Shown: piece after piece, positions 1-12,270 of the stretch
Layout of the letters: every line of letters begins with the position of its first letter
How positions within the stretch are numbered: position 1 is the first letter of the stretch
Source: Octopus vulgaris
Taxonomy: Eukaryota
Direction of reading: 5' to 3'
Assembly (NCBI GenBank): GCA_951406725.2
Contig: OX597827.1
Coordinates: 72,540,001-72,604,000 of the forward strand
DNA: 64,000 nt
Notes under the pieces: model-generated
What the model was told of the DNA's origin: nothing
What the model saw: only the letters and a program-made list of their open reading frames with translations
Databases searched by the model: none
Position numbers and translations under genes: made by a program

Positions 1-559
1 GTGGTTGGCGTTAGGAAGGGCATCCAGCTGTAGGAACTCTGCCAGATCAGATTGGAGCCTGGTGCAGCCATCTGGTTCACCAGTCCTCAGTCAAATCGTC
101 CAACCCATGCTAGCATGGAAAGCAGACATTAAACGATGATGAGTTTATACGCATGTGTGTGTCAAAAGCGTGCATTTATTAGTGGTCAGAAATGCTTAAT
201 AAGTATTGGAAAATATTGCTTTGCACTAAATTTAGGCAATTTGTTTAATATCCACTCGTCTTTCTAGCAATGAAACTGCAGGTGATGTACACGCAAAGTT
301 TTGCATAAAGACCCAACTCAAATTAGCTTCCATCAACTTTAGGAGAGCAACCATGGCTTTCAGTGAGCTGAGTCAAACCTGGTTTCAATTCCCAACTTTT
401 CTAATTCATTTTGACTGGTTATGGCTGAAACATCTAACTTCAAAAGAAGTATATGAGTTTTCCTGTCAAATAGTTTGTTTGAAAGTTCTAGAAACTTTTG
501 CTTGCAGTTATAAAAACTGAAAAATCCAACTTTTGAGCAGAGCCACCCAGTGGTTCATA

Positions 560-1308
560 TGGAGCAATATTGATTTCTTCACTACGATTGTTACTTGGTC
601 TCTTGATCCCTGCTATTTTGGAAAAACACCTATAGACATTCAATGAAAAATCGTGTTATATGATTCCAGCTTCAAATAAACTTAGTCTTTCATTCTTTCA
701 GAGTCAGTTCATGCATAAAATCTGTGAAATGTTTGTTTTCTCAGTGACGAGCATCTACTTGGCAGAGATGGGCATCAAAATTGCCCCTCACAGTCCAGAT
801 CCCAGACATTGTTCTCTGTGACTTTTAGCTCTTCCCCAAGCCAAAGGAGAAACTCAGGAGCTGGCAAAAACGTTAGCACACCGGGCAAAATGCTTAGCAG
901 TATTTCATCTGCTGTTACGTTCTGAGTTCAAATTCCGCCGAAGTCAACTTTGCCTTTGATCCTTTCGGTGTCGATAAATTACGTACCAGTTATGCACTGG
1001 GGGTCGATGTCATCGACTTAATTCCTTTGTCTGTCCTTGTTTGTCCCCTCTATGTTTAGCCCCTTGTGGGCAATAAAGAAATAAGAAACTCAGGAGCAGA
1101 CGGTCTGAAGATGGAGGCAGTAACAAGGATCTTGGAGACCTTCAAATTGAAGGACTTTCATGGGGTCTTCATGGTGTGACTGGAGTACCACAAGTAGTGC
1201 ATTGATATCAGAGGACCCTACTTTGAAGGGGATTAGGGTTTTGTGCTTCTTTGAAATGAATAAATGTCTCTCCTGAAAAAAGCTGTAAATATCTGGAATG
1301 CACCCTGT
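560..1308 (+). pseudogene. Decayed mariner transposase and 3' end, interrupted by a SINE
   Basis: Remnant of the HPPYSPDLAPCDF.LFPKLKEKL-type motif near 785-860; KCI...G.YFE-like C-terminus near 1190-1230; TIR-like GGAATGCACCCTGT end. Confidence 0.55.
862..1083 (+). mobile_element. SINE family B with 14-bp TSD
   Basis: GAGTTCAAATTCC B box; GCCTTT.ATCCTTTCGG.GTCGATAAATT..GTACCAG central block resembling the Meta-SINE domain; TSD AGAAACTCAGGAGC at 848-861 and 1084-1097. Other copies near 8180(-), 12055(-), 27940, 28550, 31535(-), 34817(-), 42575, 50790, 62120. Confidence 0.85.
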
Positions 1309-1367
1309 GTGAGTATGTGTGTGTGTGTGAAATAGCAACAATGGAGCAAAAAGAACAAGAAATGGCC

Positions 1368-1768
1368 AGGAGTGGCTGTGTGGTAAGTAGCTTGTTTACC
1401 AACCACATGGTTCCAGGTTCAGTCCCACTGCGTGGCACCTTGGGCAAGTGTCTTCTACTATAGCCTCGGGCCGACCAAAGCCTTGTGAATGGATTTGGTA
1501 GATGGAAACTGAAAAGAAGCCTGTCGTATATATGTATATATATATATGCATGTGTATGTTTGTGTGTCTGTGTTTGTCCCCCTAGCATTGCTTGACAACC
1601 GATGCTGGTGTGTTTATGTCCCCGTTACTTAGCGGTTCGGCAAAAGAGGCCGATAGAATAAGTACTGGGCTTACAAAAGAATAAGTCCTGGGGTCGAGTT
1701 GCTCAATTAAAGGCGGTGCTCCAGCATGGCCACAGTCAAATGACTGAAACATGTAAAAGAGTAAAAGA
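1368..1768 (+). mobile_element. SINE family A, full length (tRNA-derived head, internal TA/TG tract, GTAAAAGA tail)
   Basis: TGGCTGTGTGG A box and GGTTCAGTCCC B box. Similar copies at about 8471, 12391, 16523, 34335(-), 40578, 58450, 63825(-). Confidence 0.9.
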
Positions 1769-2454
1769 GAGAGAAAAGAGATGGGGAACATGAGGAGATA
1801 CAAGTCAACAATAATTTGTAAAGAGATGCACAAAATGTAAACACAGGCACGAGTAATAATAAACAACCTGCACCATGAGTGGTATGCTGGAAAAGAAAAG
1901 AAGTACTCTGACGTTCCGGATGGGCCCCTAATCAAGGTAGAGTTAGAAGCAAGTCAAGAGAAAGAAAGAAAGACAAAAACGATATATATATGCTGTATGT
2001 ACACCTTCAAAAAGCATGGATTACATTGATCACTATTTGTCGCAATGCTAAGTTACTGTTATGAGAATGTAATCCCTCATATATAAAAAAAAAACGAACA
2101 GCCATAGCTAGAATTGCAACTAAATGTTTCCTGCCAATGAAGAACTCTCTGTATCTATGGTTATCAGTCTTTCATGTGTCATTTTTACATCCTAGACTTC
2201 ATGTATTTCTCCAGTTAACCCTTTTTTACTCTCATGCTAAAATATGAATTAAATAAATATTACGAAAGCCTGTGTTACTGACATAGCACTATATTTAAGA
2301 TAGCATGTTAGCACTAATGTGTGTGTGTGCGGGCGTTTGATTGTGTATAATTGTTTTGACAAAGGGATCAAACTGGGGCCTCGTGATTGCGAAGCAAACT
2401 TATTAACCGCTTGGTCATTTTATCCACTGCAAAATCTACAAAGATAAACAACCG

Positions 2455-2501
<47 letters not shown>

Positions 2502-2526
2502 GTAGGTAGGTAGGTAGGTAGGTAGG

Positions 2527-2576
<50 letters not shown>

Positions 2577-2693
2577 TGTAGGTAGGTAGGTAGATAGATA
2601 GATAGACAGACAGACAGTATATAGATTGATAAAGTGACAGAAAGAAAGACAGAAAGAGAGAGAGAGAGAGAGAGACTAATATCAGTTACTTAC

Positions 2694-2717
2694 TGAAGAC
2701 AATTCAATACCTTCCAT
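2694..2717 (-). CDS. Candidate first coding exon (MEGIELSS) of a gene continuing to the left
   Basis: GGAAAATGG strong Kozak context, 8 codons, then GTAAGT donor (phase 0); upstream in-frame stop; at the end of about 1.2 kb of non-repeat sequence. Confidence 0.4.
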
Positions 2718-5271
2718 TTTCCCTTCGTGATGGTGGCGGCGGCGGCAGTAATGAGGATGTTGTGATAGAGGCGCTGGTGGTGGGGGATGTTTAATTAATG
2801 TTGATTGGTGGACACTATCAAAGATACAAAAAAAAAGTGTCCCTTCTTTCTGAAAGTGTAGAGAAGATCTTCCCTGACTTTGTTGCCGTTAAAGATTTGT
2901 CCCAGTTGCTACTGAAACTGTCCAATTTATTATTTTTTCCTTCCAATTTTTGTTCCAATTAAGCTCATCTACCCGATGATAACATCTCCTTCTCTTAACA
3001 TAAACCCGATTTTGTTCTTGTTAAGATTTATAATATAAGCGGCGTAAATCGTGTCTTTAACATCACAAATTGCGTTTCAGAAGATGCAGATTATGTATTG
3101 AGGAGCATAAATTGAGTCTTCACCTGTATAAATTGAGTCTCGAGGATGTAAAATTGAATTCTTACCTACGTAAATAGAGTCTGAAAGTTCGTAAATTGAA
3201 TCTTCGCCGACGTAATATAATTCTTTTTTTTTTTTTTTTTTTACAGTAAAACCTTTCTTGAATGGCATAAACTGTATCTCCAGTGAATCTTTATATGCGT
3301 AAATTTAGTTTTCAATACGAAAACTTGAGTCATGAGTCGCATGTATTGAATCTTCTACGCATTAATTTTAACATAGCTTAGACCTGGTGACGAATGGTTT
3401 CATAGAAGATGAAATGAGGTGATTAGAGAAGAGAAGTGGTGGCGGTTATTTTAGAAGAATAATCATTGGACATGGTGGTATTTTGGTAATGCTTGAAGTT
3501 ATGGTATGTGACGGTATCGGAGAGGGGCGTATGAAAATTGTCACTTTTCCTTCAACGTATTTGAAATCAGATACCGAACACCAAACCCTCCAAAATCTGG
3601 TTGCTCTCCTATATTAGTCAACAAGGCCTCTCTAAAGATGATATTTCATTTAAAATTGTCGACCTTCTTCACTTTAAAACTTCCACACCTAGCAAACGTC
3701 AGCATACTTTGAAACACTGACTGTGGTGAGATAATCGTGGTAGTGGTTGATGTCGTTGGGTAGCCCTAAGGCCAGCTCTAGATACGAGAGCCAGATCCCT
3801 TTGATGTTTTACCCCTACTGTGAGTAATTGGCAATAACCTGACGTCGATGATGGTCGTGTCGGTAAATACGGAAAAAATAAGCGAATCAAGTAAATAATG
3901 AAGAATTCAGAGATGAGAACGAAAGAGGTGGATTGCAACCAATTCAATGAGGACTGCTCTGAACTCACAAGCAGAGTTTATTTTATATTTGTACAAAGTG
4001 TGTGTGTGTGTGTGTTTGGGGGTGCTTATCCACCTATCTATTGCCCACATGCATGTGTGCCAATGATAGACTGTGTATGGGAAGGTTTTGGTACACATCA
4101 AGTAATCATGCATAGATCTACACACACACCTCGCGCTCATGAACATATACATCTATATATATATTCATGTGTGCGTTTGTGTATCTGTATGTCCGTATCT
4201 ACGTATTTGCGTGAGGCTTGTGTATGCATGTGAGTGGGGGACATGCGTCCACGGGTATTTGTGTGTGTGTGTAATGTCAGTAGTAAGGCCTTTATTAAAA
4301 CACTTCTGACTGAAACAGGAGTGGTAATGGAAGTAATAAAGAAGTTATTGCTGTTGTTGCTGGTAATGATGGTGATGTTGGTGAATGTGGTGGTGGTAGT
4401 GGTGATGGTGGTGGTGATAGTGGTGGTGGTGGTGGTGGTGATGTAACGAAGTGACAATATCAGGAATGGGCTGTTACTGTTCTTAATGGTGGTAATCTTC
4501 TGATGTCCCCCATCCCCCCCCCCACTCCATATAGGCGCAGGCTTGGCTCTGTGGTAAGAAGTCTGCTGCCCAACCACACGAATCTGGGTTCAGTTTCACT
4601 GCATGGCACCTTAGGCAAGTTTCTTCTATTATAGTGTCGGGTCGACCTGAGCAAGCTTCTTACCACACAGCCAAGCCCTGTGCCCTCTTGCTGGTTTCAA
4701 TCAAAGGAATGTGGCCATGCTGGAGCACTTCCTTCAAGGCCATGCCAACCCCCTTGTTTTATTCTGCTACTTATTTCATTGATCACTATTTGTCGCAACG
4801 CTAAGTTACTGTTTATAACTTGTACTCATTTACAGAGATTTTTATGTCTACTAAGTTCTATTCACAGTGCATTTTGGTCACCACAAGGTTATATAATTCT
4901 TTCTAATGTTGGCACAAGGCCAGCAATTTCGATAACATTAACCCCAGTACTTTCCTGGTACTATATTTTACTAACCATGAAAGGAGGATCAGCAAAGAAG
5001 ACCTCAGCAGGATTTGAACCTGGGACGTAAAGTGCCTGAAGAAATGCCACGAAACATTTTGTCATGCATGGCAACGATTTAATCACAAGGTTTTATAAAA
5101 AAAGAAGATACTTGGCCATGTTGCTGTGCAGTGGGATTGAACTTGGAACCATGTGGTTGTGAAGCAAACTTCTTAACCACACAACTACGTCTATGTTTGG
5201 TTGTTATGTTTTTCTAATCTTCATGGTTAGGACACAGAGGTGGGGACTTAACGAAAAGGAGACATTGTTTT

Positions 5272-5540
5272 GTGGTGGTGGTGGTGGTGGTGGTGATGGT
5301 GGGTGGTGGTGATGGTGATGGTGGTGGTGATGATGATGATGGTAGTGGTGGTGGTGGTGATGGTGGTGGTGATGGTGGTGGTGGTGGTGGTGGTGGTGGT
5401 GGTGATGGTGGTGGTGGTGGTGGTGGTGGTGGTGGTGGTGGTGATGGTGGTGGTGATGGTGGTAGTGGTGGCGATGGTGGTGGTGGAGGTGGTGATGGTG
5501 GTGGCGATGGTGGTAGTGGTGGTGGTGGTGATGGTGGTGG
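5272..5540. repeat. (GGT/GAT)n microsatellite
   Basis: About 270 bp of GGT triplets with GAT interruptions. Confidence 0.95.
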
Positions 5541-5755
5541 ATATTTTCTACTCTAATTTATTGATAATTATGTAATTATCTGCAGTTGCTGTGCTACTGT
5601 TGAATTTGTTAATGATGATAACGATGATGATGATGATGTTGCTTAACCCCAGCCATGTCACATCAACCACTAAGAGCACAAGGAGACATTCATGCTCACA
5701 CTTACACTAACACACACACACACATCTAAGCTCAATTTACTCACATATGTACCCA

Positions 5756-5804
<49 letters not shown>

Positions 5805-6161
5805 GCTTATAATTACATATACACTCTCAGGGGTGCATGCATACAAATACACATGTGCATATATGCTCATATATACACACTCATACACACTTATGCACTC
5901 ATATATATATATATACTGTATTTTGAAATAATAGTATGAAATTTAATATCAAAAATATATCTCACAAAGATATCATCATCATCATCATTTAACGTCCGCT
6001 TTCCATGCTAGCATGGGTTGGACAATTTGACTGAGGTCTGGCGAACCAGACTCCAATCTGATCTGGCAGAGTTTCTACAGTTGGATGCCCTCCGAGAGTA
6101 TTGTATTACAAATATATGCAACTATATGAAACGTGACAGTTTAAAAATTTGTTAATTAATG

Positions 6162-6253
6162 CATCTTACGATCGTTTCACAAAAGTATTGTCATTATAAT
6201 GGAATCCATTGTTGATACACATTGATAGACAATACTTTCGCTCGTCAGAGATG
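6162..6253 (-). ncRNA. Type I hammerhead ribozyme motif with intact core
   Basis: Minus strand: CATCT-CTGACGA-[GCGAAAGTATTGTC...GACAATACTTTTGT]-GAAAC-GATC-GTA-AGATG; stems I, II and III can all pair. Confidence 0.75.
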
Positions 6254-6599
6254 GAGAAGATAAAGTTTTTATAATATATCGAATGTTGTTTTAAAATTAG
6301 AAAAATATGGAGAGTCAAGACTATTGAAAAGGTTGCAAGACACAACGAAAATTTTAGGAAAATAAAAATAAGAAATAAGTTGCAAGACACAACGAAAATT
6401 TTAGGAAAATAAAAATAAGAAATAAGTGGAAATTTTACCGGTGAATGTGTTAAATTATAAGGCACAAAAAAAAAATGACCCTCCCCAGACACACCAGAAT
6501 ATGAGAAAGTATTTTTGAAAATAGATTAAAATTTACTGGTTTAGATTTATGCAGGTAGACTTCGATAAGAAAATTCAAAGTTTGTATATATATCCTTGT

Positions 6600-6942
6600 C
6601 CGAGACTCCCTTCGGTCACGACACTGACCATGGAATTACACCTAGAAAGTTACCCTCCCAGGCACAAGTCCGGGCAAGGTTGTTTATGGAAGACCAGCAG
6701 TCACCCATGCATACCGGCCTCCTCTTTCCATGCCACCGGTGTTATCCAAGGGAAAAGCAAAGGGGCCGATACTGTTTGGCACCAGTGACATCGCAACTCA
6801 TTTTTACAGCTGAGTGAACTGAAGCAACGTGAAATAAAGTGTCTTACTCAAGAATGCAACATGCAGCCCAGTCAGGGATTCAAGCTCACAACCTCATGAT
6901 CGTAAGCTTGGTGCTCTAACCACTGAGCCATGCGCCTTCACA
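6600..6942 (-). mobile_element. tRNA-derived SINE with CORE-like domain and 15-bp TSD
   Basis: Head TGAAGGCGCATGGCTCAGTGGTTAGAGC; CORE-like TTGAGTAAGACACTTTATTTCACGTTGC..CAGTTCACTCAGCTGTAAAAATG; TSD TATATATATCCTTGT at 6585-6599 and 6943-6957. Confidence 0.85.
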
Positions 6943-7009
6943 TATATATATCCTTGTATATATATATATCATCATCATCATCATCATCGTTTAACGGCCG
7001 TTTTCCGCA

Positions 7010-7578
7010 AAAAAGAAGTTTGAAAACGCCACTATATTAGATAAATTTTAATTTTCTTATGAATTTTACATGTTTCGGTTCTTGAAAAACAAACCTTATC
7101 AAAAATATTATAAAAGTGAAAATTGAAAAGTTCATAATCGTTTCTTACTGTTCTCAATAGAATCCATGTGGTGGTGTTTTGTCGGTAGTTGGTATAATCG
7201 CTATATTCCTGTTGGGTGTATTGAAGAAGTCCATTATTGTTTCTTGCTGGTATTAAAAGGAACCGCTTTTTTGTTACCTTGTGTTCCAATGGTAGCAACT
7301 ACTGTTGCTACCATTGGAAGTGGTTCCTTTTAATACCAGCAAGAAACAATAATGGACTTCTTCAATACACTCAACAGGAATATAGCGATTATACCAACTA
7401 CCGACAAAACACCACCACATGGATTCTATTGAGACCAGTAGGAAACGATTATGAACTTCTCAATTACACTTTTTATAATATTTTTGATAAGGTTCATTTT
7501 TTCAAGAACCGAAACATGTAAAATTCATAAGAAAATTAAAATTTATCTAATATAGTGGCGTTTTCAAACTTCTTTTTT
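7010..7578. repeat. About 570-bp palindrome with Penelope-like inverted termini
   Basis: Arms 7010-7264 and 7322-7578 are near-perfect reverse complements; the ORF track shows the same peptide on both strands. Confidence 0.9.
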
Positions 7579-8470
7579 ACAAATATATACCCACTCGTAT
7601 ATGATCTACTCTTATTATAAATATATATATATATATATATCTATATATATATATACGCATTCATATATACACACCTATGATGATTGCTTCATCTTGACAG
7701 ATGACAGCCGTCCCATCAACACACACACCATCACACAGTACAATCACTCCATTGATGAGCCCTTAGATGACTTTTAAGACCAGCTGCTGACTGACAGGGT
7801 TTAAAACATAAGTGGCAGATCTTATTCAAGCTTCCTCTACATTTTTGCTCTTTGGAATCTGATTCTGAAGGAATGTCTTTTGTGAACTAGCATATGTCTT
7901 TTACATCCAGATATTGTCTTAAAAGTTTTGTGACGTATGACACAAGTCATAAGAGGCAGCTGGTGTTCACACATACACAGGTTCACATACATGCACACAT
8001 AACATACATATGCTCACAGAGAGACATATACAACCTCACAGATATAAGTGGTATCTTTATTATGAGCATAGGTGATCTTACATAGAATGTTACAATACAG
8101 GACAAACAAAGGACAAAGATGTTATATGAGTTTGAATGATTTAAGTATTAAAAATTTGCATAAAAAATATTTTATATACCTATTTCTTTACTACCCACAA
8201 GGGGTTAAACACAGAGGGGATAAACAAGGACAGACAAACAGATTAAGTCGATTACATCGACCCCAGTGCGTAACTGGTACTTAATTTATTGACCCCGAAA
8301 GGATGAAAGGTAAAGTCGACCTCGGCGGAATTTGAACTCAGAACGTAGAGACAGACGAAATACTGCTAAGCATTTCGTCTGGCGTGCTAACGTTTCTGCC
8401 AGCTCGCCGCCTTTTATATATCATTTAGATTACCATTAACTAGAACTTTTTTTTTTTTTTAAACTAAATA

Positions 8471-8880
8471 GGCACAGGAGTGGCTGTGTGGTAAGTAGCT
8501 TGCTAACCAATCACATGGTTCCGGGTTCAGTCCCACTGCGTGGCATCTTGGGCAAGTGTCTTCTGCTATAGCCCCGGGCCAACCAATGCCTTGTGAGTGG
8601 ATTTGGTAGATGGAAACTGAAAGAAGCCTGTCGTATATATGTATATATATATATATGTATGTGTTAGTGTGTCTGTGTTTGTCCTCCTAGCATTGCCTGA
8701 CAACCGATGCTGGTGTGTTTACGTCCCCGTCATTTAGCGGTTCGGCAAAAGAGACCGATAGAATAAGTACTGGGCTTACAAAGAATAAGTTCTGGGGTCG
8801 ATTTGCTCGACTAAAGGCGGTGCTCCAGCATGGCCACAGTCAAATGAGTGAAACAAGTAAAAGAGTAAAAGAGTAAAGAG
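8471..8880 (+). mobile_element. SINE family A, full length
   Basis: Near-identical to 1368-1768. Confidence 0.9.
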
Positions 8881-9229
8881 TAACACAAAGAAAGAAAGGT
8901 GAATACCAGGGTTAAAGGATTGAACCTGGCAGCCTATAAAGCCCAGCAACGATCTTTTCCTTTCATCAATGATCAAGCTGGGTTACTAACACCCACCTTT
9001 CTCATCACATCTCACAGATATAAGTGGCATGCTGGTGGTTATGACAATGAGACCTCCAGTTGATCCGATCAATGGAAAAGCCTGCTTGTGAAATTAACAT
9101 GCAGATGGTTGAGCACTCCACTGACATGCCTACCCTTGATGAAGTTCTGAAAGATATTCAGTGTGACACGGAATGCGACAAGGCTGGCCTTAACAGAGTT
9201 CTCAGGGAGATTCTGTGTGACATAGAATG

Positions 9230-9665
9230 TCATCATCATTGTTCGACTGTGGTCGGGACAATGGAATTTACCATGCTACACCAGACTTCACGGTCCATCA
9301 TGGCATTACGGAGGTCCTGTTGCTGGATGCCTGTATCCCTGGAGATTACATCAGGGTAGGAGAATGTGCGCCCTCTGGTATTGCGAGTAGATGGCTTCCA
9401 GAGGAGAAGAGTAGAAATTGCCTCGTTTTCAGCTGTACAACAATGTCCAGCAAACTGGACTCTCCTACCTTTCACAAGAGATGACACAGGTGGTAGTTTC
9501 CCATATATTTGCATTTTGGTTGGATGATGCTTCCACGAGAGATTTTGAGCTCTCGTAAGGAGGCAAGTGTAGGTTCCATCCAACCGCCTCTCAAGCTTCT
9601 TTGATAACGTCCAGGTTTCTGAGCCATATAGTAGAATTGGTTGGACTGTGGCTTTGAAGATAAAT
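9230..9665 (-). mobile_element. 5'-truncated RTE-clade LINE 3' end
   Basis: PILLYGSETWTL...QFAGHC...WKP...DREVW, typical of the RTE ORF C-terminus; (TGA)n tail. Confidence 0.85.
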
Positions 9666-9954
9666 TTCACAAGCAGGTGGTTCCATTGATCAGACCAACT
9701 GAAACCCTCGTCGTCGTAACCAATGGAGGGCCAGTTATTATATAGAATGTGACAAGGCTGGACTTGAGTCACTGATACAATGAGTGTGAACACTGGGAAA
9801 AGAAATGGCGTTGTCATTCAGTTGCAAAGACTGTTGACTCAAAAGGGTTTGAAAGAACTGCAATTTATTGGTGGTCAGCAATTTACCACACAGCCACTTG
9901 TAAAATATTTTTTCTGGGAACAAAATCAAAATCGAAATCGAATGTTTCAACATC

Positions 9955-10352
9955 AATGGAAATTGTAGCTGAGATACCAGTGCTGGTGGCATGTAAGAGA
10001 ACCATCCGAACGTGGCCGTTGCCAGCGTCGCCCCGACTGGCCTCCGTGCCAGTGGCACGTAAAAAAGCACCATCTGATCGTGGCTGTTTGCCAGCCTCGT
10101 ATGGCACCTGTGCAGGTGGCACATAAAAAGCGCCCACTACACTCTCAGAGTGGTTGGCGTTAGGAAGGACATCCCGCTGTAGAAACACTGTCAGATCAGA
10201 CTGGTGCCTGGTGCAGCCTTCTGGCTTCCCAGACCCCAGTCAAACCGTTAGGAAGGGCATCCCGCTGTAGAAACACTGTCAGATCAGACTGGTGCCTGGC
10301 GCAGCCTTCTGGCTTCCCAGACCCCAGTTGAACCGTCCAACCCATGCTAGTG
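9955..10352 (+). mobile_element. SINE-like family C with internal duplication
   Basis: GGTTGGCGTTAGGAAGG block followed by CCAACCCATGCTAG; other copies end in (GAT)n. Copies at 1-142, 22630-23040, 32065-32420(-), 44432-44740, 60159-60372(-). Confidence 0.8.
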
Positions 10353-11640
10353 TAAAGGGAACTTGGTTGCTTCTTTACACTTTTGGGGTGCAACTTGGGT
10401 GCAACACAATTTCCTTTCTTTTTGTTTCTAGAAACTACCAGTCAAGAACGAAAAGCAAGTTTAGAAATATATAATTCTTTATTCTCTTATTCAACAATGA
10501 AACACGATGGTATACTGGTTTCCATTCTTACAACAATTCAGCAGCAATAGATAGGTTAAATCCCAAGCGTCTGGGACAGGAGAATAGGTTGATCACACGT
10601 ATGAAAATATGTCCTTTCTCTTCGATTGCCGTGCCTCAAGTCCCCGAATGCTATAGAATTTATTCTTCAGTCTCTAGCGCATGTGCATGGGGAAACTTCC
10701 TTATGCCTTTCCAGAAGGTTCCAACCCCGCACACGCACACTGAAGAAGGACGTTCCGCACACGCACACTGAAGAATGACGTTGCATGTGCGCACACTGGA
10801 ATATGACGTCACTACACTAGCACGGAAAACGGACGTTAAACGATGATGATGATGATGATGAATTACAATATGGGAAATTATTGCTCTGCTTTACAAGTTT
10901 CCAATTTACGAGCAGTCTCTGGGAACAAATGAACTTGTATATCAAGGAATTGCTGTAGCTGTCAACAAGAATTGAAACTGTGTCACAGCGATTACTTACC
11001 ATGAGCTTATCTCTCATTCTACAGTTTTTGTTGATATTTGTTTAAATTATCTTACTTAATTACAGTTTCCTTATTCAAACAAAATATTATCACATTTCTC
11101 ATCGACATTTTTCTCTTCTCTTGCTATCTGTCTGTTTGTCTTCATCCACTTTAAACACACTTGAGTGATATATAGATAGATATGTCTCATTTATACATCA
11201 TTTATTAACTGCGTTGTTGCTATAAAGGCTTGGAGATAACAGTTATTTTGCTTGACCCTGGCATTATTCATCTGCTCGGCTAATCTTCATCTCATTAATT
11301 ATGTTTAACGAAGATATTTTAGGGAGAGTCAATCTGAATGTGTTATTAGTGAAGATAGTTCAGATATATGTTTTTCAGTGTCATGTTGACACAAAATGTA
11401 TACATGTGTGTGTGTGTGTGCGCGTGTGTGTGTGTGTGTGTATATGTGTTTGCGGGCATGTGTATGTCTGTGTGTATGTGTGTGTATGTATGTGTGTGTA
11501 TATATGTGTGTGTATGCGTGTGTATGTTTGTGTGTGCATGTGTGTATGTATGTGTGTGTGTATGTGCATGTATGAGTGTGCATGTGTGTGTGTGTATATG
11601 TATGTATATATATATATATATATATGCATATCTAGTTAGT

Positions 11641-11948
11641 GAGGGTGCGTGGGTTAGTGGTTAGGGTATTCAGCTCAACAATTGAAAGGTCGTGAGTTCA
11701 ATTCCTGGCAATGCATTATTTTCCTTGAGCAATACATTTTATTTCACGTTGCTTCAGTTCACTCACCTGGCAAAAATAATTTGCACCTCTAATTCAAAGG
11801 ACCCAGCCTTGTCACATGCTGAATCTCCCTGAGAACTACTTTAAGGGTACACGTGTCTGTGGGGTGCTCAGCCACTTGCACATAAATTTCCCAAGCAGGC
11901 TGTTCCATTGATCTGATCAACTGGGACCCTCGTCGTCGTAACCAATGG
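11641..11948 (+). mobile_element. tRNA-derived SINE with CORE-like domain (family E)
   Basis: A and B box head plus CCTTGAGCAA.ACATTTTATTTCACGTTGC..CAGTTCACTCA; 3' part recurs at about 9040-9230(-) and 30700-30860(-). Confidence 0.75.
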
Positions 11949-12270
11949 TCGGAAAAGGTACAGCAGTATATTTTAGAGAATGCTTAATATTTTTGTTACA
12001 GGGAGCGGTTTAAAATATAACCAATTTCTATGTATCCATCTTATCAAATATTCTTTTCTACTCTAGGCACAAAGCCTGAAATTTTTGGGGAAGGGGCCAG
12101 TCAATTAGAATGACCCCAGTATGCAACTGCTACCTAATTTATCAATACTGAAAGGACAAAAGGCAAAGTCATCCTCGGTGGAATTTGAACTCAGAACGTA
12201 AAGACAGACGGAATACTGCTAAACGTTTTGCCTGACATGCTAACGTTTCTGCTAGCTTGCCAAAAAATTT

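Noticed and set aside
5272-5575. Poly-Gly and poly-Val ORFs
   Set aside because: Translations of a (GGT)n microsatellite with no splice or homology support.
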